A stretch of DNA of 43,788 bases from a virus (lineage: Duplodnaviria > Caudoviricetes). Below are positions 1-8,633 of the stretch, piece after piece. Each line of letters starts with the position of its first letter. Positions within the stretch are counted from its first letter, which is position 1. Where the stretch lies: positions 1-43,788 of the IMG/VR virus record IMGVR_UViG_3300011339_000704; one strand, given 5' to 3'. Made by a program: the position numbers and the translations under genes. Below the pieces are notes generated by a model. It ran no database searches. It was not told the origin of the DNA and saw nothing but the letters and a program-made list of their open reading frames with translations.

Positions 1-1
1 C

Positions 2-271
2 AAACCGATTAAACAGCGTTCAGCTAAACGGGCAAAAGACGACAGGGTGTATTTAAAACTACGTAGCGAGTACCTAACTAATAACCCCTTATGCGAAGCT
101 AGGTTAATGAAATGCACGGGGGTAAGCACCGAAATTCACCACACGCATTCTGGCACTGACAGAAACAAGTATTATCTAATCACTCCGACTTGGTTGGCGG
201 TTTGTAGGAACTGCCATAACGAGATACACGACAACCCGAAACAGGCTAAAACATTAGGGTATTTGAAGTAG
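2..271 (+). CDS. HNH endonuclease-family protein (5' truncated by window edge)
   Basis: Frame is open from position 2 (KPIKQRSAKRAKDDRVYLK...). Motifs CEARLMKC, EIHH and VCRNCHNEIH fit a Zn-binding HNH. Confidence 0.75.
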   Translation, partial: KPIKQRSAKRAKDDRVYLKLRSEYLTNNPLCEARLMKCTGVSTEIHHTHSGTDRNKYYLITPTWLAVCRNCHNEIHDNPKQAKTLGYLK

Positions 272-308
272 TTGAAAATAATTTTAAAAAAGTTTTAGAA
301 AATAGTAC

Positions 309-335
309 TTTGTATTGTTTTTTGGTTTATCTTTG
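309..335 (+). promoter_or_regulatory. Bacteroidota sigma70-type promoter (-33 TTTG / -7 TATCTTTG)
   Basis: TTTG 309-312 and TATCTTTG 328-335 in an AT-rich intergenic gap; the 15-nt spacer is short. Confidence 0.55.
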
Positions 336-372
336 TCAAATAGTTATTCAGTTACCACTAAACAAACCAAAA

Positions 373-627
373 ATGAACATTCACAAAGTAACCGTAGACA
401 GTGCAACTTTTGAAGTTAGCAATGTAATTGCCCGTAAGACCAATAGCTACGGACACTACACTATCCATGCTGATATAGACGGAAAATCATTTACTAGCCG
501 TATGGATGCCAGCTATTTGTACGATGATATGTACCGTGAGGTTAATAGCGACGAAGATGCCGAGAACCAAGCCGATGCGGAAATAGCGGTAGCCAGCATT
601 ATTATCCGTGCTAATCAATTAGTTTAA
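373..627 (+). CDS. hypothetical protein
   Basis: ATG 373 follows the phage leader motif ccactaaacaaaccaaaa. The upstream TTG extension overlaps the promoter. Confidence 0.7.
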   Translation: MNIHKVTVDSATFEVSNVIARKTNSYGHYTIHADIDGKSFTSRMDASYLYDDMYREVNSDEDAENQADAEIAVASIIIRANQLV

Positions 628-646
628 CCAATAAACAAAACCAAAA

Positions 647-838
647 ATGAAAACAGCAACCGCACAAGAATTACGACAAATGTTACGTGACAACGATAAC
701 TTATTTGGGTCATATAACCATCTTCAAATGAGCAATGAAAGCCTAAGAGTTGAATTGCTTACTATGCCCGATTGTACGCTACACTACGTAATCACTGGCG
801 ATTGTCTAATGATTTTCTCAAAACCAAGCCAGCAATGA
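647..838 (+). CDS. hypothetical protein
   Basis: ORF with leader aaccaataaacaaaaccaaaa; ATGA overlap with the next gene. Confidence 0.65.
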   Translation: MKTATAQELRQMLRDNDNLFGSYNHLQMSNESLRVELLTMPDCTLHYVITGDCLMIFSKPSQQ

Positions 839-924
839 AAAGACTGTTAAAAATAATACTAGCCATAGTTATACTGTGGTTGGTTATTGATGCCGCTAAC
901 TCTATAAACCAAGTGATACAATGA
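835..924 (+). CDS. small membrane protein (29 aa, not in ORF track)
   Basis: MKRLLKIILAIVILWLVIDAANSINQVIQ; ATGA overlaps at both ends; one hydrophobic helix. Confidence 0.6.
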   Translation: MKRLLKIILAIVILWLVIDAANSINQVIQ

Positions 925-3071
925 ATGACTACTTAGACTTTTTAGAAACTAAAGCCAAAACCATTATACAAAGTGGGTTTGAGCCAAAAGAATTAAACCC
1001 GTTACTTTTTCCTTTTCAAGACTTTATAGTGCGTAGGGCTTTAAAGGCTGGTAAATATGCAATTTTTGCTGATTGCGGTTTGGGCAAAAGTTTTATGCAA
1101 CTTGAATGGGCGCACCAAGTAAACCTGCACACTGGTAAAAAGGTATGCTTACTAGCCCCGTTAGCGGTTGTAAAGCAAACCCGTAAACAAGCTGCACAAT
1201 TTAATATACCGCTTGAATTTATCGACACCGATAACTACGAGCAACTATCAAACATTGACACGTCAGAATATGCTGGAGTAGTACTCGACGAAAGTTCGAT
1301 ACTTAAAAACTTTGAAGGTGCAACCAAGCAGCTAATACTTGATAAGTTTGCATTGACCCCTTACAAGTTAGCTTGCACCGCAACACCAAGCCCTAACGAC
1401 CCAATGGAAATAGGCAACCATAGCGAATTTTTAGACGTTATGGGGCGCAATGAAATGCTAGCAATGTACTTTGTGCATGATGGTGGCGAAACAGCTAAAT
1501 GGCGTTTAAAAGGTCATGCAGTTGAAACCTTTTACAAGTGGGTAGGAACGTGGGCGGTAATGCTATCCAAACCTTCCGATATTGGTTTTGAAATGGAAGG
1601 GTACGAATTACCAGCCCTTAACTTTATTGAGCACACCATAACCACCCCGAAACGAGATAACGGGCAACTGTTTAACGATGTGGCGATAAGTGCCACTAAC
1701 TTTAATGGTGAACTTCGTATAACATTATTACCCCGTATGGAGTTGGCAGCGGATCTGGTCAACAACTCAAAAGATAATTTTATTGTTTGGGTAAAGCAAA
1801 ATGCAGAAGGCGACCATATCCGTAAATTGATACCCGAAGCCGTGGAGGTTAGCGGTTCAGACAGCCCCGAATATAAAGCTGAAAAGCTATTAGGGTTTGG
1901 AGAAAATGAATTTAGGGTACTAATAACCAAAACCAAGATTGCCAGCTTTGGCATGAATTACCAAAATTGCCACAATCAAATATTTGCATCTTTAGATTTT
2001 AGTTTTGAAGCATTATACCAAGCTATCCGCAGGTCGTATAGGTTCGGGCAAAAGAACGAAGTAAATATTTTTATTATCACAACCGATACAATGACAAACG
2101 TATTGGAAGTGATAAAGCAAAAAGAAACGGCATTTAAAAAGATGCAATACGAGTTATCTAAAACCATTAACCAAAACCTAAACATGGAACGCACAATAGA
2201 ATTAATTGATGGAGAGCAAGAAGTAAAAACAGACCTATACCATATACACCGTGGGGACTGCGTACAAGGGTTATCTAAAGTTGAAAGTGAAAGCATTGGG
2301 TTTTCGGTATTTAGCCCACCATTTGCAGACCTTTATACGTATTCAAACCACATTGAAGATATGGGGAACAGTACCGATTATAACCAATTTTTGGTACAGT
2401 TTGGTTTTTTGGTAAAAGAACTGCACAGGGTAGTAATGAGCGGCAGGAATGTGGGCGTTCATTGTATGGATTTACCAATACAAAAAGGCAAAGAAGGATT
2501 TATCGGACTTCGTGACTTTAGTGGATTGATTATTAAGGCTTTTACCGATGCAGGGTTTATTTACCATAGCAGGGTAACAATTTGGAAAGACCCCGTAGTT
2601 GAAATGCAGCGTACTAAAGCATTGGGGTTGCTTCATAAGCAAGTAAAAAAGGACAGCACCATGAGCCGTGTTGGTATTCCCGATTATGTTTTGATATTCC
2701 GCAAGGATGGGGAACGTGAAAACCCTGTAAAATGTACCATTGATGTTGACACGTGGCAAAAATACGCTTCGCCTGTTTGGATGGATATTAAGTACGGCAA
2801 CACTTTACAGTACATGAGTGCACGTGACGAAAAAGACGAAAAGCATATTTGCCCTTTGCAGCTTGACACAATTGAAAGGTTAATACACCTCTACACTAAC
2901 CCTAATGACACCGTATTAACCCCATTTATGGGTATTGGCAGCGAAGTATATCAAGCCGTTAAAATGGGGCGTAAGGGCGTAGGGTTTGAACTAAAGCAAT
3001 CATACTTTGATGTAGCCGTAAAGAATTGCAGCGCAGCAGCACAATCACTTAACCAACTAACTTTAATGTAA
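921..3071 (+). CDS. SNF2-like helicase fused to N4/N6 DNA methyltransferase
   Basis: Walker A DCGLGKS, Walker B LDESS, TATP and QAIRRSYRFGQ. C-terminal amino-MTase has FSPPF before PFMGIGS (beta-class order) plus HICPLQ. Confidence 0.88.
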   Translation: MNDYLDFLETKAKTIIQSGFEPKELNPLLFPFQDFIVRRALKAGKYAIFADCGLGKSFMQLEWAHQVNLHTGKKVCLLAPLAVVKQTRKQAAQFNIPLEFIDTDNYEQLSNIDTSEYAGVVLDESSILKNFEGATKQLILDKFALTPYKLACTATPSPNDPMEIGNHSEFLDVMGRNEMLAMYFVHDGGETAKWRLKGHAVETFYKWVGTWAVMLSKPSDIGFEMEGYELPALNFIEHTITTPKRDNGQLFNDVAISATNFNGELRITLLPRMELAADLVNNSKDNFIVWVKQNAEGDHIRKLIPEAVEVSGSDSPEYKAEKLLGFGENEFRVLITKTKIASFGMNYQNCHNQIFASLDFSFEALYQAIRRSYRFGQKNEVNIFIITTDTMTNVLEVIKQKETAFKKMQYELSKTINQNLNMERTIELIDGEQEVKTDLYHIHRGDCVQGLSKVESESIGFSVFSPPFADLYTYSNHIEDMGNSTDYNQFLVQFGFLVKELHRVVMSGRNVGVHCMDLPIQKGKEGFIGLRDFSGLIIKAFTDAGFIYHSRVTIWKDPVVEMQRTKALGLLHKQVKKDSTMSRVGIPDYVLIFRKDGERENPVKCTIDVDTWQKYASPVWMDIKYGNTLQYMSARDEKDEKHICPLQLDTIERLIHLYTNPNDTVLTPFMGIGSEVYQAVKMGRKGVGFELKQSYFDVAVKNCSAAAQSLNQLTLM

Positions 3072-3310
3072 TGACACCCGAACAAAAAGCAGAATACAAC
3101 GCAAAGCGATGCAAAGACATCAGCGAGCACTTAGCACGGCAGCGAGCCAATTTAAAAGCCCTTAGAGATAAGAACGCTAACACTGGCAGGGTAATACCCA
3201 AAGACCACCCGTTAAGCCCGCAAATTAGCGATAAAACGGTATTGCCAAAGGTTAAGCCGTTATACGGTACACCCGATTACAAACCTCAAAGAAAAATCAA
3301 TCATGGCTAG
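3071..3310 (+). CDS. hypothetical protein
   Basis: TAATG coupling to the upstream gene; basic 79-aa ORF. Confidence 0.6.
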   Translation: MTPEQKAEYNAKRCKDISEHLARQRANLKALRDKNANTGRVIPKDHPLSPQISDKTVLPKVKPLYGTPDYKPQRKINHG

Positions 3311-3656
3311 GCAATTAGGACAACGAGAGATACCCGATGGCGAAACGTGCAAATGCAATAAATGTAAGTTGACTTTTGATAAAACGCCTGTTAACTTTCA
3401 TTTCCGCAAAGATGGAAGGATAACTCAATACATTTGCAAAGGATGTTATTACCTAGCTACTAAGTCAAGGCTTTACGAATGCAGGGCAAAAGCTAAAGAA
3501 CCCAAACCCGAAAGGAAACAGGATTTATTAGCGGTTGTAAAGGCTCGCACGTTTCCGAAAGGACACCCGATGAACCCGACTAAAGAACAACGGCAGGAAT
3601 TAATGGATAAAATAGACAGCAGGAGGGTGTATAAGAATGAAAGCCGCAACGATTAG
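3303..3656 (+). CDS. putative Zn-finger protein
   Basis: CNKC...FHF...CKGC pattern. Confidence 0.55.
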   Translation: MARQLGQREIPDGETCKCNKCKLTFDKTPVNFHFRKDGRITQYICKGCYYLATKSRLYECRAKAKEPKPERKQDLLAVVKARTFPKGHPMNPTKEQRQELMDKIDSRRVYKNESRND

Positions 3657-3939
3657 AACGTATCGGATAAAGCAATACCCCGAAATTATCAAGTGCTCAC
3701 AATGTGGCGAAGATAAAAGACGTGCTCAATACTATTTTAAAGCCAACGGGGTAATAAGGTCGCACAAGTGTATTGTATGCCATAACACGCCCGTAGTGGA
3801 GTTGAGGATTAGACCGCAGATAGTGTTACCACGTTTTGACAATAAACACAGCGCAATAAATGAGATTGAAAATCTAAACCATAACCCGAAATTTTTTAGC
3901 TGGCTATGTGCTGGCACTAACCAAAACTTTGTAAAATGA
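3637..3939 (+). CDS. putative Zn-finger protein
   Basis: CSQC...YYF...CIVC pattern. Confidence 0.55.
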   Translation: MKAATIRTYRIKQYPEIIKCSQCGEDKRRAQYYFKANGVIRSHKCIVCHNTPVVELRIRPQIVLPRFDNKHSAINEIENLNHNPKFFSWLCAGTNQNFVK

Positions 3940-4214
3940 ACTTTCAAGAATACCATGAACAAAACCCAACCGTGTACCCTCGCTTTTTAAAAATAGCGAT
4001 AGAAATGCATTCTAAAGGCTTTAAAAGATATTCGGCTAAGGCAATCCTTGAAGTAGTAAGATATTTCACCAGCGTTGCTGAAAATGGCGGTAAATTCAAA
4101 ATTAATAACAATGTTACCCCGATGTTTGCAAGGCAAGCGGTAAAAGACCGCCCCGAACTTAACGGGTTCTTTGAGTTGCGCAGAAGTAAATTCGATAACC
4201 GTATAAACGATTAG
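3936..4214 (+). CDS. conserved phage hypothetical protein
   Basis: ATGA-coupled; FKINNN...ARQ...FFELR motif resembles a common phage family. Confidence 0.65.
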   Translation: MNFQEYHEQNPTVYPRFLKIAIEMHSKGFKRYSAKAILEVVRYFTSVAENGGKFKINNNVTPMFARQAVKDRPELNGFFELRRSKFDNRIND

Positions 4215-4216
4215 TT

Positions 4217-4459
4217 ATGAAACCAATACCTTTATTATTTGCATTATTGGCATTGATAAGTTTTTCCGTTGCTATTGGAATAGCAATAGAGCGTGAATTA
4301 AACCCATGCACTTGCCCAGGAAAACTACCAACACAAGTAACGGATATGTTCACTATCAAAGGGGACACTATCTATTTAAAACAAGATGCGGACTTTGTTA
4401 TTTCCACCCGTGGAATTGACATTGACACCGCTGGCATTATTCACCGCAAAAACAAGTAG
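4217..4459 (+). CDS. membrane/exported protein
   Basis: N-terminal hydrophobic helix. Confidence 0.55.
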   Translation: MKPIPLLFALLALISFSVAIGIAIERELNPCTCPGKLPTQVTDMFTIKGDTIYLKQDADFVISTRGIDIDTAGIIHRKNK

Positions 4460-4460
4460 C

Positions 4461-4583
4461 ATGAAGTATTTAATTGCGCTGACAATAGTTGGCTTGAGTG
4501 CCATTGGCTTGCTGTTTGGTAATAACATAGCAAAGCAACAAATTCACCGTCAAAAACTTGCACAAGTGAAAAGTAAAGTGTAA
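4461..4583 (+). CDS. small membrane protein
   Basis: ATG 4461 (MKYLIALTIVGLSAIGLLFG) lies directly after the upstream stop. Confidence 0.55.
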   Translation: MKYLIALTIVGLSAIGLLFGNNIAKQQIHRQKLAQVKSKV

Positions 4584-4588
4584 TTTAG
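4558..4588 (+). promoter_or_regulatory. putative promoter for the replication operon
   Basis: TTG 4558-4560, 20-nt spacer, TAATTTAG 4581-4588 (one mismatch to TAnnTTTG). Confidence 0.5.
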
Positions 4589-4594
4589 CGGTAC

Positions 4595-4720
4595 GATAAT
4601 AAACTAAGGTTGCTGAATGCGAAAAGCAGAACCGTAGTATCACAAACTAACTTATAGCCCTTTTGTTGCCGTAGCCTGTTCGCATCAGGTGAAAGCGCAA
4701 AAGGGCTTTTTAGTTTTATC
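4595..4720 (+). ncRNA. structured leader RNA with complementary hairpin loops and a terminator-like stem
   Basis: Hairpin 1 (4608-4633) has loop ATGCGAA. Hairpin 2 (AGCCCTTTTG/CAAAAGGGCT, 4656-4707) has apical loop TTCGCAT and is followed by a T-tract. Confidence 0.65.
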
Positions 4721-4738
4721 ACTTACTAATTATTAATT

Positions 4739-5065
4739 ATGAGTTACACACGAATGCCGTTCGGCAAATACAAGGGTATTGATATACCCGAACTTCCATC
4801 TAATTACCTACTATACGCATTAGAAACCTTTGATTTGCCAGAGGAGTTGACAATGGTATTAACCACAACATTATATGATAGGCTAATTTCAATGCCTAAT
4901 TGTGGTATGTATTTTGAAAATATTGTTTTAAAAGTTGGAATTGAGGAGCACAAAATAAAAGCAACGTATAAGGCTTTAACTTTAAAATACCACCCAGATA
5001 AAGGCGGTAGCCACGAAGCTATGCAAGCTATTAACGAATTTCGTGACCTATTAAACAATCAATAA
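4739..5065 (+). CDS. DUF3820-like / J-domain (DnaJ-like) fusion protein
   Basis: N-terminal MPFGKYKG motif; C-terminal YKALTLKYHPDKGG...MQAINE truncated J-domain with intact HPD. Confidence 0.75.
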   Translation: MSYTRMPFGKYKGIDIPELPSNYLLYALETFDLPEELTMVLTTTLYDRLISMPNCGMYFENIVLKVGIEEHKIKATYKALTLKYHPDKGGSHEAMQAINEFRDLLNNQ

Positions 5066-5787
5066 TGAACGGTTACGAACTTAGTAGGGTATGGTTTGCC
5101 TATACGTATAACCACCCCGACAAATTTAGCCCGATAGATACTGCCTTATATTTTTGGATAATAGAGGTATTTAATAGGGCTAGGTGGTCAGAAAAAATAT
5201 ACTTGCCATCTGGTCAAGCTATGCAGCATATAGGGTGTAAATCTTATAAGGCTTACATCAATAGTTTCAATAAACTTGAAGCGGAAGGATTTATAAAAGT
5301 AGTTGAACGTAGTAAAAACCAATATACGGCTAATATAATTGCTTTGGTTTCTAATGCTAAAGCACTGACCGAAGCAAGTACTAAAGCAACTACTAATGCA
5401 AGTACTGAAGCAAGTACCGAAGCACTGACCGAAGCAAGTACAGTATATAAGAACATAGAACATACAACAAAGAACATAGAACCTTTTGCATCTGAAGTTC
5501 AATTTCCCGACAACTTTACAGACGATCATAAACAACTTTGGTTTCAATATGAGCAAGTACGGGAAAGTATACCTAAGCCACCTTATTCACCAGCAGCAAG
5601 GCAATTAGCTATTACAGAATTTGTACGTAGTGCGAGTGCTGACCCGAAAAAATATACGCAAGGGTTAAAAGCAAGTATAACGGGTGCATGGGTAACGCCT
5701 AAATGGTTTGCACCTAAAATAGATAAGTACACCCCCGAACCACAACAAAAATCAAGTTACGACCGCAAATTTAAAGGCTATGAATAA
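5065..5787 (+). CDS. phage replication initiator (lambda O-like position)
   Basis: MNGYELSR.WF N-terminus with wHTH-like region, internal iteron repeats, directly upstream of DnaB. Confidence 0.75.
   Translation: MNGYELSRVWFAYTYNHPDKFSPIDTALYFWIIEVFNRARWSEKIYLPSGQAMQHIGCKSYKAYINSFNKLEAEGFIKVVERSKNQYTANIIALVSNAKALTEASTKATTNASTEASTEALTEASTVYKNIEHTTKNIEPFASEVQFPDNFTDDHKQLWFQYEQVRESIPKPPYSPAARQLAITEFVRSASADPKKYTQGLKASITGAWVTPKWFAPKIDKYTPEPQQKSSYDRKFKGYE
5360..5482 (+). repeat. iteron array / probable replication origin
   Basis: Seven tandem 12-bp units (consensus AAGCAAGTACYR, 5360-5443), then two AAGAACATAGAAC copies (5449-5461, 5470-5482). Confidence 0.75.
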
Positions 5788-8128
5788 CCTATACGAAAAA
5801 CAAGTACTTGGCGCAATTGTGCAAAGCGATGAAAGCCTACCCGACCTAATGGCAATGGTGCATGAAGATATGTTCAGCACAAGCGAATACAAAGACATTT
5901 TCAGAAGTGCAAAGTACCTATACGACAGTGGAAGACAAGTAAACATTATTAGCATACTGACACACAACAAAAAGCACGACATAATGAAGCTAACCGATGT
6001 TAGCGGTGCAATAGCTTCAACAGCTCACGTAATGGATTGTGCTAAAATACTTGTGCAGGAATTTATAAGGCATGAAATTGTTTCGCTTGCTGCAAAGATT
6101 AGCAACATGGCACTAGCACAAGACGACGTATTCGACATTTTAAACTACACAGGCACGACCGCTGGCAACTTAGAGCAAACCATAAGCCCGTCAACTATTG
6201 AGCACGTTAGCACCATTGTAAAAGAACAAGCAATCAAACGTGAAAAGGTAGTGGACATGGCAGGCATACCTACGGGTTTTAAAGAACTTGATAAACTTTT
6301 AGGGGGGTTTGTTGACGAATGGCTTATAATCGTAGCAGCGAGGCCAGGCATGGGCAAGTGTCTAGGCAAAGGCACTAAGGTTATAATGTTTGATGGCTCA
6401 GTTAAAAACGTAGAAGATGTTGTTGTTGGCGATAAGCTAATGGGCGATGACTCAACACCTAGAAACGTACTATCTTTAGCAAGGGGGCGTGAAGATATGT
6501 ATTGGATTAGGCAAAATAAAGGTATTGATTACCGTGTAAATAAAAGCCATATTTTGTCTTTGAAAAAAAGCAGGTCAGAGGGCGACCGTGGTAAAGGTGA
6601 AGTGCTTAATATTTCGGTATCTGATTATTTAGATAAGACTAATAAATTCAAATCAAATTACAAAGGTTATAAGGTAGCCGTAGAATTTGAAGCGAAAGCG
6701 GTTAATCTTGACCCGTATTATTTAGGCTTATGGCTTGGTGATGGAACGACAGTAAACCAAAATATAACTAACAGCGATAGTGAGATAATAGAATTTTTAA
6801 GCGGATATGCATCTAAACAAGGGGGCAGATTATCAACTAAGGTTCATGCAGGTAAAGCCCCCACGCATACCCTTTTAGATTGCAAAATGCAACAACAGTT
6901 AAGGGCATTAGGTGTTTTGGGTTTTAAACACATACCTAATGACTACTTAATAAATTCAACTGAAAACAGATTAAGGTTATTGGCAGGGCTACTTGATACA
7001 GATGGGTACTATGATAAAGCAGCTAACGTATTTGAGATAACACAAACCAAAGAACATTTAGCAAAGCAAATTAAATATTTATGCGATTCGCTTGGATTTA
7101 GGACTAACTATAAAAGCAAGATTGCAACTATTAAATCAACAGGCTTTAAAGGCGAGGTATTTAGATTGCAAATATCTGGTGACTTGCATTTAATACCTAC
7201 ATTAGTTGAGCGCAAAAAGGCTAGGATTGGCAGTAAGCAAAAAGACAATAAGGTTACGGGGATTAAAGTTGAATACGACAAAGTAGATGATTATTATGGG
7301 TTTGAAATTGATGGCAATAGGTTATTTCTTTTAGAAGATATGACGGTAACGCATAACACTAGCCTAATGCTATCCTTTGCCTACTACATTGCTAAGGCTG
7401 GCTATGCAGTGGATATTTATTCAATGGAAATGAGTAAAGGACAGTTGACCGATAATTTAATTAGTATGCATTGTGGCGTACCGTTGTGGAAGATACAGCG
7501 CAACAAATTGGAGCACTACGAATTAGAGCAAGTAAAGCAAGCGGAAGCGTTTATATCAAGCCTACCAATACACATTGACGACCAGCCCCGTATAAAGGGC
7601 AGACAGATACGAAGCAGGATAGTGATGGGTAAAAAGAAACGAGATACGAAAATAGTAATGGTTGATTATATTCAGATAATGGGTGAGGAAGGCAAAGGCA
7701 ACCGAGAGCAGGAAATTAGCAATATAAGCGGAAACCTAAAAGCCGCTGCAAAGGAAGCTAAGATACCTATTATCGCATTGGCACAACTAAGTAGGGAGGT
7801 AGAGAAACGAGCCGACAGGCGACCGCAATTAAGCGATTTACGGGAATCGGGCGCAATAGAGCAAGATGCGGATATTATTATGTTTCCTTTTCGGGCTTGG
7901 TACTACCATACAACTGGTGTTGATGGTTTTGAGTATAACGATAAGAACGAAAGCACCGAAAATTTAGGCGAGTTGTTAATTGCCAAAAACAGGCATGGTA
8001 TGGTAGGTGATATTGAGGTAGGTTGGGAAGGTAGTAAAAAGCTATTTTACGACAAAGAACAGGATTTTGAGCCAAAACCTTTATCTAAAATGCAGCGACC
8101 AAGTGAAGATGATTTTGACGTATTTTAA
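5780..8128 (+). CDS. dnaB: replicative DNA helicase DnaB, intein-containing
   Basis: GIPTGF, AARPGMGK|T, SMEM, VDYIQ, LAQLSR, SDLRESGAIEQDAD and AKNRHG motifs. Confidence 0.95.
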   Translation: MNNLYEKQVLGAIVQSDESLPDLMAMVHEDMFSTSEYKDIFRSAKYLYDSGRQVNIISILTHNKKHDIMKLTDVSGAIASTAHVMDCAKILVQEFIRHEIVSLAAKISNMALAQDDVFDILNYTGTTAGNLEQTISPSTIEHVSTIVKEQAIKREKVVDMAGIPTGFKELDKLLGGFVDEWLIIVAARPGMGKCLGKGTKVIMFDGSVKNVEDVVVGDKLMGDDSTPRNVLSLARGREDMYWIRQNKGIDYRVNKSHILSLKKSRSEGDRGKGEVLNISVSDYLDKTNKFKSNYKGYKVAVEFEAKAVNLDPYYLGLWLGDGTTVNQNITNSDSEIIEFLSGYASKQGGRLSTKVHAGKAPTHTLLDCKMQQQLRALGVLGFKHIPNDYLINSTENRLRLLAGLLDTDGYYDKAANVFEITQTKEHLAKQIKYLCDSLGFRTNYKSKIATIKSTGFKGEVFRLQISGDLHLIPTLVERKKARIGSKQKDNKVTGIKVEYDKVDDYYGFEIDGNRLFLLEDMTVTHNTSLMLSFAYYIAKAGYAVDIYSMEMSKGQLTDNLISMHCGVPLWKIQRNKLEHYELEQVKQAEAFISSLPIHIDDQPRIKGRQIRSRIVMGKKKRDTKIVMVDYIQIMGEEGKGNREQEISNISGNLKAAAKEAKIPIIALAQLSREVEKRADRRPQLSDLRESGAIEQDADIIMFPFRAWYYHTTGVDGFEYNDKNESTENLGELLIAKNRHGMVGDIEVGWEGSKKLFYDKEQDFEPKPLSKMQRPSEDDFDVF
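6359..7357 (+). mobile_element. intein with LAGLIDADG homing endonuclease in the DnaB P-loop
   Basis: Begins CLGKGT after GMGK and ends VTHN before +1 Thr. Blocks LGLWLGDG and LLAGLLDTDG present. 333 aa; spliced DnaB would be 449 aa. Confidence 0.93.
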
Positions 8129-8138
8129 AACTATAAAG

Positions 8139-8522
8139 ATGAAAACGCAATTAGAATTAATGCTTGAGGAATTGATTAATAAGACATCAGAAGAAACGAT
8201 GGAAGATTTGATGGCAGCTATTTATGAATTGGTTACCACCCGACAAACAAAACCACTTAATGTGCTGGTTAAAAAATTAAAAAACTACCAACTAACAGAG
8301 GTTATTATAGCCGATAAAAAGGCTTATAAAACCTTAATGCAAATGTTGGAACTACAAGGCAAAACATGGAATGATGGGTTACCAATGGATAGTATAGACC
8401 CGTATGAGGGTATTGAGTTAGGTGATTATTTAGTGCTGTGTATTTACAAAAATGGCGTTGGATATTACGGAGCAAAACAAAAAACCGACCAACTGACAAT
8501 AGGGGAATATGCAAAACTTTAA
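8139..8522 (+). CDS. hypothetical protein
   Basis: ATG 8139 follows an A-rich leader and avoids overlap with dnaB. Confidence 0.6.
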   Translation: MKTQLELMLEELINKTSEETMEDLMAAIYELVTTRQTKPLNVLVKKLKNYQLTEVIIADKKAYKTLMQMLELQGKTWNDGLPMDSIDPYEGIELGDYLVLCIYKNGVGYYGAKQKTDQLTIGEYAKL

Positions 8523-8562
8523 AGCAAGGAAAAGAATATTGGAAAAGTGTAATAAAAACCAA

Positions 8563-8611
8563 AAATAGTTTAAAATAAGTTTTGTAAATTCAAAAGAATA
8601 AATTAATTTTG
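8563..8611 (+). promoter_or_regulatory. Bacteroidota-type promoter with conserved upstream box
   Basis: TTTG 8581-8584, 19-nt spacer, TAATTTTG 8604-8611. Positions 8563-8596 are 31/34 identical to 43141-43174. Confidence 0.75.
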
Positions 8612-8633
8612 TCAGACACTAAAACCAAAACCA

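Noticed and set aside
5360-5443. CRISPR-like array
   Set aside because: Units are contiguous 12-mers with no spacers, inside a coding gene.
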